DNA of 64,000 nt from Lytechinus pictus (taxonomy: Eukaryota). The DNA lies in NCBI RefSeq assembly GCF_037042905.1, contig NC_087251.1, positions 47,866,001-47,930,000 of the forward strand. The letters run 5' to 3'. Below the pieces are notes generated by a model. That model was not told the origin of the DNA. It did not search any database and saw only the letters and a list, made by a program, of their open reading frames with translations. Shown here one piece after another: positions 24,974-37,939 of the stretch; positions within the stretch are counted from its first letter, which is position 1, and every line of letters begins with the position of its first letter. A program made the translations under genes and the position numbers.

Positions 24974-27900
24974 CTTGTTGGGTGTATATATAGGCCTAGA
25001 TCTTGTCACAGTAGAAAAAGTATGTAGTAGAATGAAAAAAATACTTTAATCCTGACAAAAGTTATATAGGAAATGTTATCAGTGCTTCATAGTTATTTGA
25101 AAGATATATGACGGAACTTGTAATATGATCATTCCCCGAGCAATCGAAATGCGATGTCGAGTTAACTCCAAATCATTATGCTGATTGACAATACACTGAT
25201 AACTCCCAGTGACACTAAACTAGGTACACCTTGATCCAACCAATTATTGTATTCACACATCCAATGGAAACAAATGTTTTCAGTTTTATTTATTATAATG
25301 ACGACAGATGACAGTCGTAACAAGTGCAATTTGATCCATCAAAATGAACACAAAACCCAGTTTGCTGTCATACGATCATGAACGAATTATACTTCGATAA
25401 ATCCACATTCACCATCAGCATAAGATAGCAGCTCGACTGCTTCCAGATGCGATCCTTATCAAATATTGAATTAGACCAGGCAAATATAGCATGCCACGTG
25501 GGAGACTGCGACTTTTAATTTGATAAGCATAGCAGTGGTGTCTACATTCTTACACGTCGAATGATTTCCGAGTATATTATCTACTTAAATGTATACTGGC
25601 CTGGGTATATCGCTCGTATAGACAGGATATAGGCCTTCAGGAAGTATTGCCTGGAAAGTGAAATGGAGCTGACCTGATAGCGTGTTGAGATCTCCCGACT
25701 GATAATAAATATTGTAGGGAAATACAGAAATGAAAGAGTGAAAGTTGTCTAAATGCGGTAGGTGACGAAGAACTGTCATTTAGGTGTGGTCATTATGTAG
25801 GCTGCAGAGAAAACTAAATGACAGCGAGATATAGATATATACCCTTGCAGTGCATGACGAATGTAACCAAGCTAAACCTTGCCCACCATGTACAGATGTA
25901 AAGCAGTATATGCATGCGTGGTTCTAGTATGTCTGTCCTCGGTATAATTTAGTTTCGTGTTCATACACTGTGGTAATCCTTGCGTGAGGGATTAACTTCT
26001 GACATATCCGCCCGAGACTACAAGGGTTAAACGGCTTTTGAGGTGATCGTGCGACACGCTGATAATTAAATCTTTAGGCGTTGATTGCAAACTGTGGATT
26101 AAGTTGTCGACGTCACGCAAAAGTCACCTTTGAGCAAGTAACATGATTGAACGCTCGCATCTAAAGTCGAAGTACTTTCTGCTTGCAATACCCGAGTTAT
26201 TTTGACACGAGTATGATAATATGGGCGATTCCAAGCTGCTGGAAAAATTTTTCCCTCTATACTTGAAATAATGTGTAAAACTAAATTAATTTATGAGCCA
26301 CACCACATTAGTTAATAAAACCTTGAGAAATTAATTAATGTCCATCAATGGTCAAAGATCACGATCATTTCATATAGTTTATGAATTGTAACTGAAGAGC
26401 TGAAGCGATATAAGAAGTTGAATCTTCCTTTCTTGTAATAATCAAATACGTTTTTGTTCTATTCCTCTGTCGTGCCCATTATACTAGTAGATACAATTAA
26501 GGAAATGCGACACACGGGCTCACATTGATGCAAAGTAGGCTATTTCAAAGTCACCTTTCACAATCACATCATCCAGATATGTATCCGACCTCTCCACATG
26601 CACTATCAAGTGATATCCACGAACGAATCTCCTAAGGCAAATTAAAGTAACGCGACAAAAAATTGATGCCTCCTTTCAGTCCTCTTCACTCAGATGTGAA
26701 AGAGAAGAGCGCATGTATAAGTAATGAAGATGTCTCATGAATTCACTCCAAAAAGATTTATTCACGCATCCTCCGTGCCTGTCGGAACCTCCGAAAAGAA
26801 TCTCGCTTCGCATCCTTGAGAAATACTGGGCATCATCACCACACGCATTGGTCAAACCCGCGAGCCCCGGCGCCATGGCTCGTAAATGACAGGTGAAGAT
26901 AGCACAAGATCCTTACGGTGCGCTGAATAATATATTCAGGAGGAGTATTACATTCCCTCCCGGCTGCTCTATACATCTTCCGTAGCCAGCTCAATTAGAC
27001 TCTTGCATCGCTAGCGAGACTCTCACCCAGTGTTGCGCCGTGCCTATTATCCTAGTATACCGTCTTACCCTTTGATTGAGATGCTCATGAGTGATGTTTA
27101 AAGGGAACAACTAAACGTGCCTAAATTGCCGTTGTGATTCTTATTAATTATGAAGAATGCTCATTGGTGGTTGAGTGTGAAGTGCGTGAAAAAGCACGTG
27201 TTAGAGACTGATTAAGTATATTATTATCAATTAGTTCCTTGATGTTTGCATCATGAGCTATCACAGCTGTGTACCTTATAAGTTTATTAGATGATAAATC
27301 ATACATAGATAGGCCTATATATTATATTGTGTGGGTATATATATATATATACACACACAATTTTTCCTGGTAAATAGTCAAAGACGATCTTGTAACATAA
27401 TTTAATCTTGTTTGTTATTGTTTAGTTAAAGTAAAACAAAGGAAAGTAATCCCACTTGTAAATTAAATTTATGTGGTCATAAAATGAATTATCTGCGAAA
27501 CAAAGAGACATTTCCCCTTAATCCCTTGGATAGTTTTAGGATGGGTTTTTATGATAACCTGAAATAAATTCGCAACAATAAGAAAAATAAATAAATGAAA
27601 AAGGCATTAAAAACTCTAAAGAGCTAATATATAGGGCATTTATATCCAGATTGACATGGGAAGATAGGTATAGACTTGACATGTCGAGAAAGTCAAGTCG
27701 TCAGAATAATGATTTCAAAGGTTTTTTTTTTATACAAAACTAATTATCTATGTAATTGATAAATATATTTTTTCTTCATTCATTTATTTTTGTTTATAAT
27801 GTTCATTGATTCGTTTATCTTTTTGTTGTTTTGTGTGTTTTCAGGGGAGGGGTGTATGACAGAGCAAGCAGTAATGAAACAGCTGTCAACTGAACATTGC

Positions 27901-28504
27901 GTCATACTATATAATATGCATAATCCGGCTTACAATAATATCTTTGTCTTACATAACAAGAAAGGAAATAGGTCTTCTTAGAGGTTAATTAGGAGGCGTG
28001 CGCTGTTAAAGCCGGCATTGTTTAGCTGAAGAGTATGATCATTTTGTGGCATATTATGGTATATACCCTAGACGTGTTATCAGAGGACAATGTATCGTTT
28101 TTACTGCTCATATTACGATCCCTCTTGGGTTGAATCTATATATCCATTATGTAAGAAACTTTGCATGAGTTTTTTTTTTTTGGGGGGGGGGGGAGGTGCA
28201 TCTCAGATAAAAGTTGACGGTCAAGAAGACTCTGACAACAAATATGAATATTTAATACATTCACTATTCAGGTGATTGATTGGACATCTATAGGAAGTGC
28301 AAAACCATTATATATAAATCTAATCTTTTGAGTTTATTTAATCATAATATTCACAGTTATTTTTCATATTTTTACAATGTATATTGTCTGACTTTTATAC
28401 GATTAATAATATCAAACCAAACCCATTTAAGGTGTTTCATATGCGGGTTCATATGACTGTAAACATTTCAGACATGATTCCCCCCCAAAATGACAAAAAT
28501 GAAG

Positions 28505-28538
<34 letters not shown>

Positions 28539-29179
28539 GCATATAATATTCTTGATGTGTAAGTTGAGGAGAGTGTGAGAGGGAGAGAGACGGTTAGAGG
28601 AAGAGAGAGAGACACTGAAGAAAAAGACGAATTGGTAGATGCAGGGGAGATTCCAGATAACGAACTGCACTTTGATGTTTTCACTCTGTACCATCAGCCT
28701 CTCCTATGACTCACTCTCCTCATTAGCATAGATGCCTCGAATCCTACATCTTGAATGAATTTACATCTTCAATCCGACCGTGAAATCATAATTCACCACC
28801 ATGGTCAAGCAATGGATGAATAAACGTACATGTGCATGTATTCACTTCAATTTTATCCCCGTCTTCTCTATTTCTTCTATCCCCCGTAATTTATTTCTAT
28901 TACTCCTGCTATTGAGTGTGAATTGTAGTTCTCTGTTATCCTCTGCCTATCTCCCGAACTTTTATTAGTAGAAATGATGAATAAATTCTTATAATGAATT
29001 TGCCTTTTAGCATTGCAAAAAAAATAAAAAGCACAATCTTAAAATATACATAATTACATCTGTGTATTCATCAATTTCGCTCCCTCCCTTCCTTCCTTAC
29101 TCTCCATGTCATCCTTTCTCGTTATGCAATACTATAATCATGCTTTAATGATAACTTTGTTTTAAATAAATGTATGTAT

Positions 29180-29575
29180 CTGTGCAAAATCTTTCCCCTC
29201 TCACTTTTGTTTTTCTGCTCCCAAATCTTTATTCTCCCCCCATCTATTTTACTCATATCTCTCTCTCATCCTCTTTCTTTCTTCTATTTCTATTCCCCTC
29301 TCTCATCTATTTCTCCCCTATTTATCTCACCCTCTCTCTCTCTACCACCAACTTCTCATCCTCTCTCATTCATTTTTTCTTACTTTTCTCACTCTTTCTC
29401 TCTCTTCCCCCTCTTTTTTATCTCGATCTTGCACATCTATTTCCCATGGACATTTGTCTTATATATTTATTCCCCCCTCTCTCGTAGATTTCTCATCCTC
29501 TATCCCTCTCCCACTCTCTTCATGCTTCTCTTCCTGTTTATCTCTCTCCCTCCCCCTCTTTCTCCCTTCTCTCAT
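29180..29575. repeat. CT-rich low-complexity tract
   Basis: Almost pure pyrimidine on the + strand; explains spurious F/L/S-rich ORFs. Confidence 0.8.
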
Positions 29576-32415
29576 CATGCTGTGTATACTAGTAATCTAG
29601 TTTGTAATTTTCCTCTCTCTTTCAATGGCTTCATGTTTGTGCCTGATATACAGTACATTTTTTTATCCACTCTTATTACACCATCTCTTTACAGTATACA
29701 TGAAACTTGCAGCTGTTGTTTAATATTGAACACTTTTTGTTTCCATGCATTCTTCCAAAATAACAGATACTTAACAAGATGGAGCTCACTCACCAACACT
29801 TAAAATATAATATCTGACTTTTATTATATCCTGATGCACTAGCCTCAACAATCACTATAGATTATATTCATTGATTGATTGTATTATGTATGTATCTGAT
29901 AAAATTCCCTCCATGCTATATTGCAAATAACAAAGTATGTGATACACCACACCCGTAGGCCTACTACTATGCAAAGTTCATATTAAGTATAATAAATTTA
30001 TACCACAATCCTAAATAATGTAAGGTATAAAATGAAATGCCTTCTTTATAATCCCCCATCTACGATTTTTCTAATTGCTTGGAATGCACAAGAGGAAAAT
30101 CCACCACTGCACACATGTTCAGTGGGAGCTAAAAATGCATGAAATTTACACTCTCCCAATGTAAAAAAAAAAATACAGGCAATTTATACTATGATAGAGT
30201 ATTCTATTTGCTTTCCCATGAATTTCAAAGTAAATATATAAAATATGCACAATATACTATTTTGCCCTATTAAAAACCAAGGACCCCTACACCCGACCAT
30301 GGTCCATCACCCTTTGTTGTAAAAACATTATTCATAATGGTAAAAATATAAATATATGTATTTATTCATGTGGCTGTCCCCAGGGATGTCTTTTTTCTAC
30401 ACCCATTCAATACATTTGAAGATACGCAAATTTAACAGTCTATAAAATGATCATTAAGCATGTTTGACCCTGGGGTGTCTCCATTCTTACCCCACCTGTC
30501 CAAGTCACAATCATTTGAAAGAAATACAATTTTTTCACAAGAACTCAAAGTCAGAGACAAATTATTCAGGAATGACCCAAATAAAGGAGGCTGGAATTGA
30601 CAAGTATCCTGATTTTCCCTCTCCAATGCTACTAACTAGCCCAAACAAGTAAATTTATTGTTTGAGTGCCTCTAAGCTAGAAACACCAAGCATATTTTCA
30701 TTCGTTACAAACCTATCAGAACCATTGGGGGAGGGAGGGGGGGGGGGGGGTTGAAGTCCAGTGTTGGTGTTAGAAGCACAATTTGGATTGCATTTCCTAG
30801 CTCCTACACATATTCTGAGTTTACACAAATAATCCACATCATAATATTGACAGCTCAACACCAACTGAGTGACTTTTCAGGACTATCTTAATTTCATGTT
30901 TGGTGTTAAATAATTATATAATTGACCTAGCACCAACACCAAAAGGTCAACACTAAACTTGAAATCACCCATTCTGCTACACATGCATGCCTAACAATCA
31001 AGCATCTATATGAAAAAAAAGACAAATAAGTCTATGACTAAATCACTTATCCTATAATTACACTTTTCTATAAACCGAAAAGCATAACAAAATAATCTAT
31101 CATACCAATACAAAATACAACACATCACTTTCAGCAACATGAATTAATAAATCTAAGATAAAAATATCAAAAGGATGATAGTGACATACAAGTACATTTC
31201 AGCGTAAATACAAAATATACCCTGAATACTCACAACATAAAGTAATAAGATAAGGTTCTTACAAGGTGGATTACTGGATAAAACATATATTGTGACAATC
31301 AAATGAAATCAATTTGATATCATGTTTGCATTCATAAAAACCAGACTGCACTATGAAGTAAACCCAAGCTGCACAATATTATATAATGATCAGAGTGGAT
31401 AGTAGTGTTTTTTTCTAAAGTGTATTTCCAATTTCCATCTTCAAGGGCACATTCTAAGATGAATTAACAGAAAATAGTGAACTGTACTTCAATAGTTTTG
31501 GTCCCCAAAGTCTAACATTGAGAGGAATCTAAATTCATGTGGACGATTTTGGAAGGGAAAGGCTTAGTACTGTTTTACACAGCCTTTTGATAATGTTAAT
31601 ATTTATCAATAATATCATTCATTAAAACAGTGCAACATCTATGAGCCTATATATGACACATATAGCATATACTTGACTGCACTTTACGATGTATGACATT
31701 ATAACCATGGTTATAGCCGAGATTTCCAGCGCTTCAGCATTAGAGGATTCGATTGTACCTGGTACCAATTTGCTTTACCTAGGTTTAGTGCAGCACATTT
31801 TGGATGAATTCCAAGCTGAAAGACATTACGTCATGGCTGGGATTTGGACCCACAACCCTCTGCTTGTAAGACAAGAGTCGGACCACTACACTGTAACACC
31901 TCCAGTGAACTTACATGAACACAACATGATCAGACTTCAATCTTCAAACAACAGGTTTTCAGATTGCAATATTAAAAAAAAAAAAATCCTCACCATTCAT
32001 GAGTTGTCAAATGGAATAATAAGGCAAGAAATAACAAATAATGTACAGGCCATAGTCGAATATATGTACGCCTTTCCATAATGAAATTTTCATGACACAT
32101 TAGAATATTTCAGATAAGAAATGGCATTCAACACCTTAGACCTCTTGTACGGAAAAATAATATACAAATAGCAGGAGTTAGCTCCTATCACAACACAACA
32201 TTACCACATTTAAAAAACAAGTGAATGCTCCGTTGGCATTCTATTCCCTAATCATTATTACCTAAAATCATGCAGTTTGTGCAAAAAACACTAAGCATTA
32301 AGACCCAAATTCAGAAAAAAAGAGTGTTCTGAATTGTGGTCTAAGCCCCTTTTTCATTATGAAAAAACAACAACAACCCAACATAATGTCTATCAGATCC
32401 TAGGCATCAATCAGA

Positions 32416-34857
32416 CAGGGACCTGGGAACGATTTTTTCAGTGGGGGTGCTGAAATCTCTCCTCAGAGGTGGGGGGGGGACAGACACTATTGAGTTTAAC
32501 ATAATTACACACACACACATATATATATATATATAAATATACATATATATGACAGTCACTTCCTGGCTTTCTTCTTATAAAAGAACATAAACATATAATT
32601 AGATAATTCGAGCGCGAAGCGCGAGCTATTTTTTGTGGAAATTTCATGTATTTTGTCCTGAAAATTGAACATTTTGAGCAATGTTTGTGGTCCAAGATGC
32701 GTATGTAACAAATAATTGTGAGCGCGAGCAGATATTTTTTTATATACGCTCAGGCCTGATCGAAAGGGACGTGTTATAAGGACTGTTTTGCAGTTACCCA
32801 TGAAGACGATACATATATCAACAATCAAATAATGCGAGCGCGAAGTGCGAGCTGAAAAATTTGACATTCCGACCTAAATACTGGACATTCTAAGCACGTT
32901 TTTTAATTATGAACAGGATAGGTATATTTAGAATTGATGCGAGCGCGAAGCGCGAGCGGAAACAAAATTGAGATTTCAGACCAAAAAAACGAGAGATTCT
33001 AAGTACTTTTCTAATCATGATGAGTATAGGTATAAAACTATACAATTGATGCAAGCGCGAAGCGCGAGCGGAAATAAAAATGAGATTTCAAACCTAAAAA
33101 CGAGACATCTTATGCACTTTTCTAATCATGAACAGGATAGGTATATAACTATACAATTGATGCGAATGGAAACAAAATTGAGATTTCAGACCTGAAAACG
33201 GGACATTCCATTCATGTTTAATCAAGAAAATGATTGGTAATTGGATATATTCTTAAATTAATAATGTGAGCGCGAAGCGCGAGCAGAAAATTTTTGATAT
33301 TCTGATCTGAAACTCCACACTGAATATAAAATGGTTTGAACAGATAAAGAAAACTCAGACGAACATAAGAATAAAGATTTGATCAAAATCAGACAAGGAA
33401 TCACAGTTATTGCATTTTGAAGATTAGCATTATTCCCCACTTGTTCTTTTGTATTTTATTATATAAACTTAGGTTTATTCAATATTTTCCTTTCAAGAAC
33501 CAAAAACAGTTGAATTGACAACTGATTTAGTCCATTAGATATTCTTTGCTGCAACTTATTTCATTATAAGGGAGACATATCATTCATTCTGGTATGAAAA
33601 AATGAAACAATTTTGATTCCACAGGGAACAGCTAGGATAGTGGGGATGTGACAGCATCAGCCCACCTATTAAATATTCATGACGACATGCATATCACCAT
33701 TTTCATAAAATATTGCTAAACTTTAGAATTAAATAACTTAACTAATCGTTATCAGATTTTGATAAAATTTATTTATTTTGATAAAATGTATTTGATATAA
33801 ATATTTTCAGCCCGGAGTACCCCCCCCCCCAAATCAAGCTGGTGAAGCTGCGTATCTGAATAAAACATGCGTGCGCGTGTTTAGAGTTAGACCTATATAC
33901 TGCCCTACTTTGGCAAAAGGAAGCAAGTGACAAATCATCAAAATCTGAGTTATTGATGTTTACGTATTATATATAGCATGTTCTACTTCCAGGCAAAGTT
34001 TTGAACAGAAACACTCGTCCTGTTGAGAGATATTGAAGTCAAGATGTCATGATATTGCACTGATGTCAATGTAAATGATAGACACAGTTTGCTCTTTTAC
34101 AAGAAATGTCACTTTTGTCACTTGCTTCCTTTTGCCAAAGTAGGGCAGTATAGTATCTGGGCATTCTAAATACATTTTTTTTTATAAAAATCAATAATGC
34201 GAGCTGAAAGAGGGTGAATTTAAACACTATTTCAAGTAATGTGTCAGAAAATTCTGAAGTGGGGGGGGGGGGGTTCTACAAAACGTCGTTCATTTTCATT
34301 ACATTTCTGTCATTTATCAGCTACCACTAGATTTCCAGGAGGTGCGCTGCCTATATATATGGAAAATAACACACGCAGCACCCCCAAATTTTGGGGTTGC
34401 TTCACCCCGAACACCCCCGCTTCCCAGCCCGTAGGGCCATGGGGCAGGGCGAAAAAGACTTTGAAATTTGATTTCTATTACTTGTAATTATTGTATACAA
34501 TACACGGGCGGTCGGGCGCGCGCTCACTTGATTCGACATAAAACCTGGAAGTTTCAACCACCCCAGTGTGTATCACGTATTGCGCGCGACTACGTCTGTA
34601 TCGGAGTGGCTGCCCCGCTGGAGCTTGATTGAGTCGCGTTATATAGGAGGGATGTTATTGGAACATGTGAAAGACTATATAAATGATTTGCGATTGTCTG
34701 ATGTGATAATTATGTACATTATAACATATTTAAAAAAATACAGGGGGAACCTAATTTCGTGGGGGTGCTGCCTATGGAAAATAATACACGCAGCACCCCC
34801 ATGATAATTTCTGGGGGTGCTTCAGCACCCCCAGCACCCCCGCTTCTCAGGTCCCTG
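32416..34857. mobile_element. hAT-like non-autonomous composite element (GCGAGCGCGAAGCGCGAGC array) with nested inserts
   Basis: TIRs CAGGGACCTG / CAGGTCCCTG. Perfect 8-bp TSD CAATCAGA at 32408-32415 and 34858-34865. Internal tandem units, a nested MITE at 33896-34152 and another repeat fragment at ~33310-33820. Confidence 0.85.
33896..34152. mobile_element. TA-flanked MITE (Tc1/mariner-like), nested
   Basis: Perfect 39-bp inverted repeat TATACTGCCCTACTTTGGCAAAAGGAAGCAAGTGACAAA at both ends. Confidence 0.8.
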
Positions 34858-35898
34858 CAATCAGAAGCAGGGGAGCAGGGGATATATGCCATCCCCAATT
34901 ACTGGCCCAAAGTTGTAAAGAAATAGAATAAAATACAAATTGAGGTATTTCATGCCCCCTCTCTTGTGCATCCTCTTTGAGAATGAAACAAAAATATGTA
35001 TTCTATTTTTGCTTGCTAAAATTGCATGAGAGAGAAAATTATATTTCGAAAGGATATTTTCCACCAATTTACGTTTGTTATTTCATTTCTTTTTCCTGTG
35101 TCCACTTTCCTCCCTTCTGATATCTCGAATCTGCCAGTCTGACCCCTATATACTTACTGCATGTGTATAAGAGGTTGCAGTCTTATCCATGAGCCTTTAT
35201 GAATTTGAATTAATACAGAAATTGAAAAAGAATAACACACAAAATCCTATAACACAAACACTGGAGTACTGATAAGAAACATCCATCTTTAACACTGCAA
35301 ATCATTAGTATGTCTGGAATGTCATCATTATCTTACAAAATTATGTTAATGCAACAGCTAATTCAGTTTATAGACCAGTTTATTGACCTCCAATATTACT
35401 TCAGGGAGGGGGGGGGGTGACAAAATACATTTAGTATCTCTGTAAAAAAAAAAAAAAAAAGGATTCTTGACTCCACAAATTTACCACCCCACCATTGGCA
35501 GACTAGAATGTATTGCAAATTTATAATGCAGGTTAAAAATATGAATTGAATCCAAACAAAAAATAAATATATCCCATGTTAAGGCATAAAAATAAACTAC
35601 AAATGATATTGTGAATGCTTGAGAAGACCATAACATCCCAATATGATGATATCACTGCGACTTCTGCCATCATGTGCATGCATTTGCTACTTTTGAACTA
35701 ATTACCCAATTGTACAAAATATTAAAGGGCATACATAGGTAGTAATGGAAATAAACTTTCTCAAAACAAGAAAATAAAATAGGGCAGATGTTTAATTCTA
35801 AACATTGAGGGCAAAAGATTTCTCCTGTTTGATGTTAATCAGTAATAATAATTATAATTATGATTATTGTTGTCATTATTATTGTAATTACTATTGTA

Positions 35899-36027
<129 letters not shown>

Positions 36028-37939
36028 ATTACAGATTTTCTTGTAATAACCTGGAAATGTAATTACACATTTTTTTAATGGGAACTGATTTAGCCCCAAT
36101 AGATATTCTGATATCTCTTAGTATAGTATCTTCTTTTTGATAATGTTGGTGTTTGGCACTTGATCACACATGAATATACCGAGACATAGTACAGATTACT
36201 AGTATATAATGGTAGGATACAAACACTCTATGTATTAAGGTATACTAACCATGAGATGAACAATCAATTTCTGACTTACCGGTCAATGCAATATACACAT
36301 AAATATCTTTATCAAGGCAAAATACAGCAGCAACTTAGTATTGAGGTCTATACCACTTTTTTTTCATAAGACTTATAATTTCACAAATTCTTTTTATAAA
36401 TGCAATTTGGCAGTAGAAAGTTAAGGCCAGAAGTTAACATACACCCAGGAAATTCAAAGAAAAGTTGACACTTGCCAAACATCATAAAATTTACTGTATC
36501 TTATAAAATATCTATGCTATCATGACGACTTTGATATCAAACAAATAGTAATAATAATAATATACAGTTCTTGTATAGCGCATATCACATTATGAATAAT
36601 GTCTCTATGCGCTTCAAAGGACTTGGATATTATTACCCCAGCTGTAGCTTGGCAGCCATAATTACTCATTTACTCGTCATTAGGAGCTGAAAAAATATTT
36701 AGGTGTCATTTTCCCCCTAAAATCTTCACATTTTAGACAAATAAAAACTTGACAAAAACATTTCATATTTGTGCTAGTTACTTCTCAATACAAACATTTC
36801 AGATTACACTTTTTTGTATCAGTGGTGACATATGATAGAAAATGTAAGATAAATCATAGATTTGACATTTATATATTTCTATGAAATGATCATTGATATT
36901 TAAACATATAATAACAGTAGAATACATTTGGCACGAATATTACTTTTTTTCTTCAAAGAAAATTCCACCTTAAATATATTTTAATCCCAATGGCATCCCA
37001 ATTATGTGAAAGAGCTTAATACGTTCTTTCAGTTGATACCAAATTCACCATTGTAGTATTTATATTTATGAACATATAGTAAATTTTACGATGTTTGGCA
37101 AACGAACAAATTTCACTGAATTCCATGGGTGCATATAAACTTATGGCATTAACTTTACGTTCACATATAGCAAGACACTCAGCCATTATTTATAAATTAC
37201 ATTAAGTGAGATACAAATATGATTTTTTTTTCTTGTGGATACCACACTCATGCATGGACATTATAATTGATCCTCAACAATTATCCGTCGATATCACAGT
37301 ACACAAAACAATTATTTTGTTTGTGTTTACCCACATTAAATAATGCATCAAATATCTCAAAAATTGAATTTCCATGATAAGGTAAAATTGTATATCCTTT
37401 ACACATATCTAGGCAGTTTAAAGTGTATATACCTATATTTTCATACCCTTTTCACTGTACGTGCGTACATTGCCCGATCATGAAAAAAACCTTTCTATGT
37501 ATCTGTGAACGACCACGGTGTCTGCCTAGTAATGGCAGTACTATAGCTCCTGACTATGGTCCTTTAACACTTTTATCAAGATCTTAGTACATGATATGAG
37601 CATGATAATTTATATGTATGCTATTGGGGTTTGAAACTGGAGAAAAATTTAAATCATACAGTTAAAACTTGCTTTTCTGGGCTTTTCTCTAAGTCTGTCT
37701 AATACAGGTATTAGTATCCCTCTCAAAAGAATTTCGGCAGTCATTTCTTTTACTCCAAAATGCAGAGTAAGATCTCCCATACGTGAAAGATTTGTAAATA
37801 TATGGGCAATGCTTCTCTATTCTGGGCTGAATAGAGAATAATTTACTGAGCAAAAATGACCCTGATGCCAGCTGCAATGCACCATCCGGTAATCAAGTGC
37901 TGCTATGTTTTTACCTTCTTGATGTACACGAGCCCGGCT

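Noticed and set aside
23933..25049. Plus-strand and alternate-frame ORFs over the RING gene
   Set aside because: Shadow ORFs of a GC-rich coding region with no motifs.
29170..29803. 105- and 209-aa hydrophobic ORFs
   Set aside because: CT-rich low complexity.
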